This document shows positions 28,351-36,900 of a DNA stretch of 64,000 bases, in pieces (position 1 is the stretch's first letter; each line of letters opens with the position of its first letter). The translations under genes and the position numbers were made by a program. Source of the stretch: an uncultured Actinomycetes bacterium (lineage in GTDB: Bacteria > Actinomycetota > Thermoleophilia > UBA2241). The stretch covers positions 96,001-160,000 of the forward strand of contig CAVPVX010000001.1 in the NCBI GenBank assembly GCA_963709345.1. Direction: 5' to 3'. The notes beneath the pieces were generated by a model that saw only the letters and a program-made list of their open reading frames with translations, did not search any database and was not told where the DNA came from.

Positions 28351-28851
28351 TCAGCGACGCTTCCTGCCGCCGCGACGCTGCCGCGACCCGGATGAGCCGG
28401 ACCGTGACCCCGACTGGCGGGACGGTCCGCCGCGGGTCGCGCCCCGGGCGGTCCGCTGCGTCGCAGACCCGGCCCGGACCGGCTTGCGCACGATGAAGAA
28501 GTAGATGATCAGTGACGGCGCCATGAGCAGCAGAAGCAGTGAGTTGCGCCCGATGATGCTCACGCCGAGCGCCACGAGCATGGCGACGAAGACCAGCGAG
28601 TGGAACATCCTTTGGCTGTAGGCGGTCATGCGCCGGCCCCGCGCCCACAGGTCGAAGGCGTCGATGAGCATGGCCAGGCAGGCCACCGCGCCGGCGAACG
28701 TGGAGACGGCCACGGCGATCGCCTGCACACTGCCGAGGCCGCCGACGAGGCGCGTGACGACGAGCGCCAGGAGCATGAGGGCCGTCGCCAGAAAGACGGT
28801 GAGACCCGCCGATCGGGCGAGCCGGGCGCCCGTGCTCAGTGGTGCGGGCAT
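28351..28851 (-). CDS. Hypothetical membrane protein (4 TM, basic tail)
   Basis: Four hydrophobic segments; Arg/Gly-rich C-terminus. Confidence 0.7.
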   Translation of the reverse strand: MPAPLSTGARLARSAGLTVFLATALMLLALVVTRLVGGLGSVQAIAVAVSTFAGAVACLAMLIDAFDLWARGRRMTAYSQRMFHSLVFVAMLVALGVSIIGRNSLLLLLMAPSLIIYFFIVRKPVRAGSATQRTARGATRGGPSRQSGSRSGSSGSRQRRGGRKRR

Positions 28852-29022
28852 GGCTTGACCTTTCGTCGTGTGTGGAGCCGGCCGCGAAGCGCCTGCGGCG
28901 CGCGGCCGGTCGTCCCCATGATACCGGACCGCGCCGGCGGGGCGGAGCGGCGCCGGCGCGGTCCGACGAGGGCGGGCCGGTTCGGTGACGACGCCGGCCC
29001 GCCCGCCGGGCTCTCTCCCCTT

Positions 29023-30636
29023 CTACGTCCGCTTCAGGATCCGCTTCTTGTAGGCACGCCAGGTGAAGGCCCACTCCTTCGGGTCCTCCATCGCCTCGGT
29101 GCGGCGCATCTGGTCTATCGGCTGAGCGTGCGGCGAGTCGAGCACGAACTGCGCGTCGGCGTAGGCCTCGTCGCTGACCTTCTTCATGACCGCCGCCCAC
29201 TCGTCGAGGTCTTGCTTGCTGTAGGTCTCGCACGGTTCGGGCGTGAAGGGCTCGGGCACCACCCAGGGATGGTGACTCATCCAGTGACTCTGGATGCCGA
29301 AGTCGACCTGGCGATCGCGGACGGCCTCGGTGCCGATGCCGGTGTCCTCCTTGAGCTGCTCCAGGCTGTACCGCACCTGATCCAGCCGCAGGTGGCCTTC
29401 GGCGTACGGCCGGCTCACGCCCTTGATCGCCAGAAGCAGCCGGTCGAGGTAGTTGTTGTTGAGCACGCTGATCTCGGCCACTTCCTTGAGGCCCTCGGGC
29501 CCCATGTTGCGGATCCACGCGTAGGCGCGGATGACCGCCATCCAGTTGCCGAGGAAGCCACGCACGCGGCCGATGCTCTCGGGCCGGTCGTAGTCGAGAT
29601 GGTAGGAGTCGCCCACCTTGGTGACCAAGGGCACCGGCAGGTACGGGGCCAGCTCGTCGGTGCACAGATAGGCCCCGCTTGCAGGACCCTCGCAGCCGTG
29701 CGGGCTTGAGAACGTCTTGTGCAGATTGAAGTGGCAGGCGTCGAAACCGGCGTCGCGCGCCCGTGCGTAGCCGAGGATGCCGTTGGCGTTGGCCTGGTCG
29801 GTGAACGCCAGGGCGCCGGCGTCGTGCAGGACCTCGACGTACTTGTCGATCTGCGGGTTGTAGATGCCCGTGTCTTCGGGGTTGGTGATCATGCAGCCCA
29901 CGGTCTTCTCGGACACGGCGGCCTTGAAGGCTTCGAGATCCGGGTAGCCGTTCTCGTCGGGCATCACGGTGATGACCTTGAAGCCGGCGACCATGGGGGT
30001 GGCGGCGTCGCAGGGGTGCGAGAAGATCGTCGTGATCATCTCGCTGCGCTGGTCGAGTTCGCCCTTGGCCTCGAAGTAGCGCCGCATGACGCAGGCGTTG
30101 GTGTACACGGCATGTGACCCGCCGCCCGGCTGCAGCGTGAAGGCATCCATGCCGCTGATGGACTTGAGGTACTGGCCGGTGGTGTAGACGATCTCGAGCA
30201 GCCCCTGCAGTGACTCTTCGTCCTGCCACGGGTGCACGTCGGCGGACTTGTGGCCGCGGATGAGCTCCTCGTGCATCTTCGGGCTGTACTTCATCGTGCA
30301 GGTGCCCTCGCTGATGTCGCTGCCCAGATCCATGCCGAGGGTCATCTGGGAGTAGCGCAGGTAGTGGCGGAGCACCTGGTACTGTGCCATCTCGGGCAGG
30401 TCGGGAGCGGCCGCGCGGGCCATCCCTTCGGGGATGTAGTCCGCGGCCTCACCCACGGCCGCCTTCACGTCGTCCTCGGCGAGCGGCACCAGGATGCCGC
30501 GCTCGCCGGGCGTACCCTGCTCCATGATGAAGGGCTCATCGTAGCGAGGGGACCGGTAGTCGCGCAGCACGCCACCGTCGCGGCGCAGCCTCGCAAGGCC
30601 GTCGAGCTTCTCCTGCGGTGTCTCGTGCGCACTCAT
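29023..30636 (-). CDS. Divergent glycine dehydrogenase (decarboxylating) subunit 2 homolog
   Basis: GTCTMKY, MITNPEDTG, HFNLHKTFSSPHG (PLP Lys), EPCET. Confidence 0.9.
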   Translation of the reverse strand: MSAHETPQEKLDGLARLRRDGGVLRDYRSPRYDEPFIMEQGTPGERGILVPLAEDDVKAAVGEAADYIPEGMARAAAPDLPEMAQYQVLRHYLRYSQMTLGMDLGSDISEGTCTMKYSPKMHEELIRGHKSADVHPWQDEESLQGLLEIVYTTGQYLKSISGMDAFTLQPGGGSHAVYTNACVMRRYFEAKGELDQRSEMITTIFSHPCDAATPMVAGFKVITVMPDENGYPDLEAFKAAVSEKTVGCMITNPEDTGIYNPQIDKYVEVLHDAGALAFTDQANANGILGYARARDAGFDACHFNLHKTFSSPHGCEGPASGAYLCTDELAPYLPVPLVTKVGDSYHLDYDRPESIGRVRGFLGNWMAVIRAYAWIRNMGPEGLKEVAEISVLNNNYLDRLLLAIKGVSRPYAEGHLRLDQVRYSLEQLKEDTGIGTEAVRDRQVDFGIQSHWMSHHPWVVPEPFTPEPCETYSKQDLDEWAAVMKKVSDEAYADAQFVLDSPHAQPIDQMRRTEAMEDPKEWAFTWRAYKKRILKRT

Positions 30637-32042
30637 GCCGTCACCTCCCTGACAGCCGAAGCCAAGGTCTCGATGTCGGCCTGGTCGTAGTACTCGGTCA
30701 CGCAGAACAGCGCGCTCTGACCGAGCTCAGGGAAGTCGCCCGAGAGGTCCTTGCCGCCGAAGATCCCGTGGCCGAGCAGCGCTTTGTTGACCTCGGCCAC
30801 CGCCTTGCCCGTGCCGCCGAAGTCCACCACGAACTCTTTGAAGAAGCTCGGCGAGAGCTTGATGGACACACCGGGGATCTCGCCGAGCAGCTTGGCTGCG
30901 TAGTGCGAGCGGGCGATGCAGGTCTCGCCGACCTCTTTGAAGCCCTGCGGACCCATCACGGCCATGTACACGGCTGCGGCGATGGTCCACAGACCGGAGG
31001 CCGTACCGACCCAGTCCTTGCCCTGGTCGCGCGAGCCGTAGCTGGTGCGCTCGGCCATCGCCTCGCCCACGGCGTACTGGCCGGGCGTGGCCGTCTCCAT
31101 CACGGTGTAGAGCTCGAGCGGGCATTCCTGGGCGTACACCGGGTCGTCGTCCTTGAAGGCGATGAACCCGGAGCAGCCACCGCCGGCGTGCATGTGCATC
31201 CCGAGCGGCTGGATGTCACCACAGGCGATGTCGGCGCCCAAGGCGCCGGGTGGAGTGAGCACGCCGAGCGTGATGGGGTCGACGCCGGCGATCGCGAGGG
31301 CGCCGTGCGCATGCGCCGTCTTCACGATCTCGGCGCCGTTGGCCTCGATGGTGCCGAGGTAGCCCGGGCTCTCCCAGTAGACGGCGGCGAAGCTGTCGTC
31401 AAGCTTGGCCCGCAGGTCGTCCATGTCGACCATGCCGGTCTCGCGGTCCCACTCGTAGAAGCGGATCTTGGTGCTGCCCGCCATCGCCTCGGGCTGACAC
31501 AGAGTGCGAGCCTCCATGAGGCGCATGGGGCTCATGTGCGAGGGCACGAGCACCTTGTCGCGACCGGTGAGACGCCGGGCCATGCGAAACGAGCGCCCGG
31601 CCACGTCGCCCCAGTCGTAGATGGGGTTGGCGACCGCGTCGTAGTCGAGCAGCTCGCCGAGCATGCTGTTGAACTCGAAGCGTGAGAGGTACTTGCCGAG
31701 GTCCGAGTAGTCGCCGCCGCAGTAGGCGCTGACGAACTCGGCCCGGTTGATGACCTCGTCGACGATCGAAGGCACATGGTGCTGCCAGCAGCCGGCGCCG
31801 CAGAAGTTGAGGTAGTCGACGGCCGAGGTGTTGCGGTCGAGCAGACCCTGCACGTGCTTGCGCAGTCCGCGCTCGGAGAGGATCGCCGGCGGTATGTCGA
31901 GGGTGCCCTTGAAGCGCAGCCGGTCGGGGATCTCGGCGTAGATCTCGTCGACACTGCTCAGCCCGATCTCGTCGAGCATGGCCTGCTTGACGGCAGGCAC
32001 CGAGTTCGGGATGTACGGGTGGATGAATGGCGTGTCGGTCAT
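30633..32042 (-). CDS. Divergent glycine dehydrogenase (decarboxylating) subunit 1 homolog
   Basis: HPYIPN, FCGAGCWQHHVP, GADIACGDIQPLG, FFKEFVV, CVTE. Confidence 0.9.
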   Translation of the reverse strand: MTDTPFIHPYIPNSVPAVKQAMLDEIGLSSVDEIYAEIPDRLRFKGTLDIPPAILSERGLRKHVQGLLDRNTSAVDYLNFCGAGCWQHHVPSIVDEVINRAEFVSAYCGGDYSDLGKYLSRFEFNSMLGELLDYDAVANPIYDWGDVAGRSFRMARRLTGRDKVLVPSHMSPMRLMEARTLCQPEAMAGSTKIRFYEWDRETGMVDMDDLRAKLDDSFAAVYWESPGYLGTIEANGAEIVKTAHAHGALAIAGVDPITLGVLTPPGALGADIACGDIQPLGMHMHAGGGCSGFIAFKDDDPVYAQECPLELYTVMETATPGQYAVGEAMAERTSYGSRDQGKDWVGTASGLWTIAAAVYMAVMGPQGFKEVGETCIARSHYAAKLLGEIPGVSIKLSPSFFKEFVVDFGGTGKAVAEVNKALLGHGIFGGKDLSGDFPELGQSALFCVTEYYDQADIETLASAVREVTA

Positions 32043-32110
32043 GATCGGTGAGGAACTCCTTCCCTTACTGGGAGTCGATGCAGATGCCCGGCGGGCGGCA
32101 CGGCCGGCCG

Positions 32111-32899
32111 TCAGTCGTAGCCGTACCCGGCTGCGGTCCCGAAGTCGATCGAGATGTTGGCGCCGGTGATCGGCGCGGCGGGCGGCGAGGCGAGGAAGAA
32201 GATGAGCTCCGCCACCTCTTCGGGCGTGATGAAGCGCGCCTTGTCACCCTGCGCATAGCCGCTGAGCAGACGCTTGAAGTAGCCCTCCGGGTCACCGCCT
32301 CCGTATGTGTCGGCCTGATACTGCAGCATCGGCGTCATGATGTCGGCCGGGCACACGGCGTTCGCCCGCACCAGGAAGGGGGCGAGTTCCAGCGCCAGCG
32401 ACTTCGTCATCAGGCTCACACCGCCCTTCGAGGCGGTGTAGATGGCGGTCTCGGGCGTTCCCACGAGACCGCAGTCGGAACTCAGGTTGATGATGCAGCC
32501 CTGCGTCTTCTTGAGCTCCGGGATCGCCCGGCTGCAGCAGAAGAAGGTCCCTTTGAGGTTCACCGCCATCACCCGGTCCCACTCGTCCTCCGTCATGGCC
32601 TCGGTGGGCCCCTCGACCCAGAGGCCGGCGGTGTTCACGAGCGCGTCGATGCGCCCCGTCTCGGACGCCGCCTCGGCCATCAGGTTCTCGACGTCGGCGA
32701 CGTCGCTGACGTCGCAGGTGACGCCGTGGACGGTGGTGAGCGCGGCGAGCCTGCCACACAGATCCTCGAGCGCGACCGCGTTGAGGTCGCCGAGGACCAG
32801 GGACGCTCCCGCCTCGGCGAAGCGCCGCGCGCTGGCCGCGCCGACTCCGCCGGCGGCACCCGTCACGACCACGGTCTTGCCGTTCATGTCGAACGCCAT
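32111..32899 (-). CDS. Short-chain dehydrogenase/reductase
   Basis: TGAAGGVG, LVNTAG, YTASKGG. Confidence 0.92.
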   Translation of the reverse strand: MAFDMNGKTVVVTGAAGGVGAASARRFAEAGASLVLGDLNAVALEDLCGRLAALTTVHGVTCDVSDVADVENLMAEAASETGRIDALVNTAGLWVEGPTEAMTEDEWDRVMAVNLKGTFFCCSRAIPELKKTQGCIINLSSDCGLVGTPETAIYTASKGGVSLMTKSLALELAPFLVRANAVCPADIMTPMLQYQADTYGGGDPEGYFKRLLSGYAQGDKARFITPEEVAELIFFLASPPAAPITGANISIDFGTAAGYGYD

Positions 32900-32921
32900 A
32901 CGCCTCCCCCTGTCGCGTACC

Positions 32922-32937
32922 TTGAACGGTGGTTCAA
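32922..32937. promoter_or_regulatory. Palindromic operator (TetR-like) just downstream of a TATGCT -10 box
   Basis: TTGAAC-N4-GTTCAA with perfect arms; -10 TATGCT on the minus strand at 32945-32950. Confidence 0.65.
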
Positions 32938-32967
32938 TGTCGCTAGCATACAGCCGGGAGCGGCATC

Positions 32968-33765
32968 TCAGTAGTACAGGTCGCTCGGCCCCTTGTACTC
33001 CTGGATCGTGTTGCCGCCATCGATCACGACGAGCTGGCCGGTGATGTAGCTCGCATCGTCGCTGCCGAGAAAGCAGACCAGCTTGCCGACCTCTGCAGGA
33101 AAGGCGGCGCGGCCCATCGGCGTGTTGAGGCCGCCGACGTCCTCGCCGTCGGCGGTGGAGCCCGTCTGGATCCAGCCCGGTCCGACCGCGTTCACGGTGA
33201 CGCCGTGCTTCGCCACGTCGAGAGCCAGGCCCCTCGTCATGCCGAGGACGCCCGCCTTGGCCGCGCAGTAGGCGGCTTCATCCGGGTTGGCGACCACCGG
33301 GCCCGTGACCGAACTCATGTTGACGATGCGCCCGTAGCCGCGCTCGATCATCCCTGGAACGACGCAGCGCGTCACGTTGAACTGGGTCTTGAGGTTGATG
33401 GCGATGCCGAAATCCCACGCGTCCTCGCTGAGATCCTGGAAGGCGGTGAAGTCCTCCTCCTGACCGAAGACGACCATGCCGGCGTTGTTGACGAGCACGT
33501 CGATGCGCCCGTGACACTCGACGACCTCGGCGACCAGCGCCTTGACCTCGCCCATTCTCGTGAGATCGGCCGTGTGGGAGCTCACCGTGGCTCCCGACTC
33601 CCGCAGCGCCTCCGCGCAGGAGTGGACCGCGTCGGCGATGTCGCAGATGGCCAGCAGAGCGCCTTCCTCGGCAAGCACCTTCGCCGTCGCAAAGCCGATA
33701 CTGTCGGCCTTCGCGACCCCCGTGATGAGGGCGACCTTGCCCTCGACCCTGCCCTTGCGTACCAT
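32968..33765 (-). CDS. Short-chain dehydrogenase/reductase (UcpA-like)
   Basis: VALITG..IG, LVNNAG, SSVTGPVVANP.EAAYCAAK, VIDGGN. Confidence 0.9.
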   Translation of the reverse strand: MVRKGRVEGKVALITGVAKADSIGFATAKVLAEEGALLAICDIADAVHSCAEALRESGATVSSHTADLTRMGEVKALVAEVVECHGRIDVLVNNAGMVVFGQEEDFTAFQDLSEDAWDFGIAINLKTQFNVTRCVVPGMIERGYGRIVNMSSVTGPVVANPDEAAYCAAKAGVLGMTRGLALDVAKHGVTVNAVGPGWIQTGSTADGEDVGGLNTPMGRAAFPAEVGKLVCFLGSDDASYITGQLVVIDGGNTIQEYKGPSDLYY

Positions 33766-33940
33766 ACTCCGCTCCCTTGGCTGGACTGCGACAGGCAGCC
33801 GCCCGCCGCTGTTCATCGGTATGGCGAATGCTACGCCGCGGCGGCGTCCCGCGCCACGTCGGACCGGCGACCTCGGCGACCGCACGTCGGGCGCATCCTC
33901 CCGAAGCTCCCGGGCGCAGGCAGCGGCGTGGGAGTTTTGG

Positions 33941-33967
33941 TCAAGCTTCGAACCGTTGCAGCCGATG
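33941..33967 (+). promoter_or_regulatory. Putative sigma28 (FliA/WhiG)-type promoter
   Basis: TCAAG-N15-GCCGATG, 13 nt upstream of the ATG at 33981. Confidence 0.55.
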
Positions 33968-33980
33968 CACTGACCAGATC

Positions 33981-36900
33981 ATGGCGACCGTGAAGGACAG
34001 CCCAGGGACCCGTTGGCTGCGCGTCACAGACGTAGCCGGCCTGCTCGGCGTCAGCGCCAACACCGTGAGGCGCTGGACGGACGCCGGCCGCATCGCCGCG
34101 TTCCGCACTCCCGGCGGCCATCGCCGGTATCTCGCCGACGACGTGCTGGCCCTCCTCCCCGACACCGAGATCGCCGGGGCGACCGTTCACCCCGGTGACC
34201 TCTCCGAACTGCTGCGCCAGAACCACGCGCTGCACACCACGCTGGCGGCCGGACTCGACCTCGCCGCACTGATCGCCGGGCGACCCGGCGACGTCCCCGA
34301 GAAAGCAGCCCGCGCCCTCTGCGACCTCACCGGCTCGGCGCGCTGCGACGTCTGCCTGACGCACGGCGACCGGCTGCGTCTCGTCGCCTCCGCCGGCGGG
34401 AGCAGGATCGACCGAGGCTCCCCGGGGGCGACGTGGCCGGCGACCGAGCGGATCCCCGTTGACGGCGATCCGGCCGCCGCGTCGCTGGTCTGCCTGCGCG
34501 CCGGCGACCGCACGCTCGACCGGCGCGCGCGCCTCGCCCTCGAGCGTCGCGGCTGCAAGGCGCTGGCCTGGGCGCCGCTGACCGCGCACGGCGAGTTCGT
34601 CGGCTCGCTCGAGCTGGTCGACCTCGACGACCGCGACCTCTCGGTCCACGCCGACCTGCTGGACTCGCTGGCGCGTATCTGCGCGCAGGCCGTCGGGGTC
34701 GCGGCGACCTACAAGGAGCTCGAGTACCGCCAGAGCCTCCTGCGCGAGCTCATGGAGCTGTCTCGCGACGTCTCCCAGACCCACGATCTCGAACGCTTCG
34801 TGGTGCGCTTCGCGCAACGCCTGCTGAGAGCTGTGGACGCCGACTGCGTCAACGTATTCAGGGCGAGCAACGGGGTGATCCGCGCGCTGGTCAGCGTCAC
34901 GCCGGACGGTGCGGACGCAAGCCGGCGCGACGCCGTCCTCGACACGGCACGCTACCCGTCGCTGGAGCGGCTGCTGCTCGACTTCACCCCGCTGGCGATC
35001 GGCGATCTGGGCGACCCCCGTCTCGGGCGCGGCGAGGCCGACGCGATGCGCGAGTGGGGCTACGCCAGCTCGCTCACCGTGCCGCTCGTCGCCGGCGGCG
35101 AGCTCATCGGCCTTGTCTACCTCTACGACGACGCGGAGCGCGACTGGGAGGCGGACGTCGAATTCCTCACCAGCGTGTGCCAGATCGTGGCGGGCCTCCT
35201 CGACAGCAGCACGCTGCTGGACGAGACCCGGGAGCGCGCCCATCTGGGGCAGGAACTGCTCGACCTCGGCGTCGACATCGCCGCCGCCGAGAGCTCCGCC
35301 GACATCGCCGCACGCGCAGCGGCGCGGCTGCGCCGCGTGGCCGGTTGCGCCGACTGCGACATCTGGTGGTCGGAAGAGGGCTACCTCCGCTGCCTCGCCA
35401 GCGTCGACGGGGACGGCCTCGACGAGTCCGTGAGCGGCAAGATCCTCGAGCTCGACCACTACCCGTCCACGCGCGAGGCCCTCCGCAATCGCGAGCTCCT
35501 CGTCCTCGACGACCTCCGGGACCCTCGCATCACCGACTACGAACGCGAGGACTGGAGCGAGTACGACTTCCGCAGCACCATGTCGGTGCCGCTCGTCAGC
35601 AATGACACCGTCGTCGGCCTCATAGACCTCTTCGACTCCCGGGAGCGCGACTACCGGGAGGTCCGCTGGTTCATGGAGAGCGCCGGACGGACCATCGCCG
35701 ACGCCCTGCGCAACGCCGAGCTGCTCGCCGGCCTGCGGCGCGGGGACGCCGCCCTTCGCGAGCTGGTCAAGCTCGGCGACCGCCTCAATCAAGCGGGGGC
35801 TCTCGAGGACCTGGCTCGAGCGGTCGCGGAAGGACTCCGCGCCAGCCTGAACGCCGAAGACTGCGACATCTGGCAGATCGACGGCGAGGTGCTGCGCTGC
35901 CTCGCCAGCGTCGACAGCAACGGGTGGGACGAGGAGGAGGTCGGCAGCGAGCGCGACCTCGCCTCCTACGAGGCCACGATCTCGGCGCTGGCCGCCGATG
36001 AGCCGATGGTCATCGGCGACCTCTCCCGGACCGTGCTCGACGAGCGGGAGCTGCAGGCCTACCGGCGCTGGGGCTACGAGAGCATGGTGTCTCTGCCGCT
36101 CGTGGCAAACGGCAGGCCGATCGGCCTGATCGACGTCTTCGACACCAAGGTGCGCGACTACTCGGGGCTCCTCGACTTCATCCGCAACGTCGGCCATCTG
36201 CTGGCGAGCTCCTTCGAGAACGCCATGCTGGTCAAGGGCCTCGAGGACGGCAATCGCGACCTCCGGCTGCTCGTCGACTCGGGCATGGAATTCGGAGCGA
36301 CGCTGGAGACCGACGCCGTGCTGCGCACGGTCTCCGAACGCATCCTCGAAGTGTCGCGCGCCGACATGTGTGACGTGTACCGGCTCGGCGGTGACCAGCT
36401 GGAGCTCCTCGTATCGGTCGGCAAGACCTGGGCGGAGAACCCGTCGGGGCGGCGCCACCGTCTCCAGGACTACGGCATCTTCGCCGAAGCGGCGAACAAG
36501 CGCCGGCCGGTGGCCAGTCTCGACGTCCGCAACCAGCCCGGGATGACCCCCATGGAAGTCCATGACGCCGAGAAGCGGGACTACCGCTCGTGCCTCGACA
36601 TCCCCCTGATCAGCCAGGGCGAGGTCATCGGTTTCGTCTCGCTGATGAACCACGACGCGCGCGCCTTTGCCCGCGAAGAGGTGGTCGTGGGGCTCGCGCA
36701 AATCGCCGGGCAGGCGATCGTCAACGCCGGGCTCTACCGCGAGCTGCACGAGAATCTCAGACGCATGGCCCTGGTCGGCGAGTCGGCGCTCGAACTGGCG
36801 AGCAGCCTCGACCTGCAGGCGACACTGGTGGCCACCGCCAAGCGCCTCTGCTCGACCGTCGGCGTCGGTCAGTGCGAGATCACGATCATCGAGGGTGAGG

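Noticed and set aside
33777-33980. ORF-track N-terminal extensions (giant DGC from 33777, UPF0210 from 8193, lpdA from 52823, gcvPB from 55037)
   Set aside because: They overlap neighbouring genes or promoters and are Arg/Pro-rich non-coding-like; downstream starts match the family N-termini.
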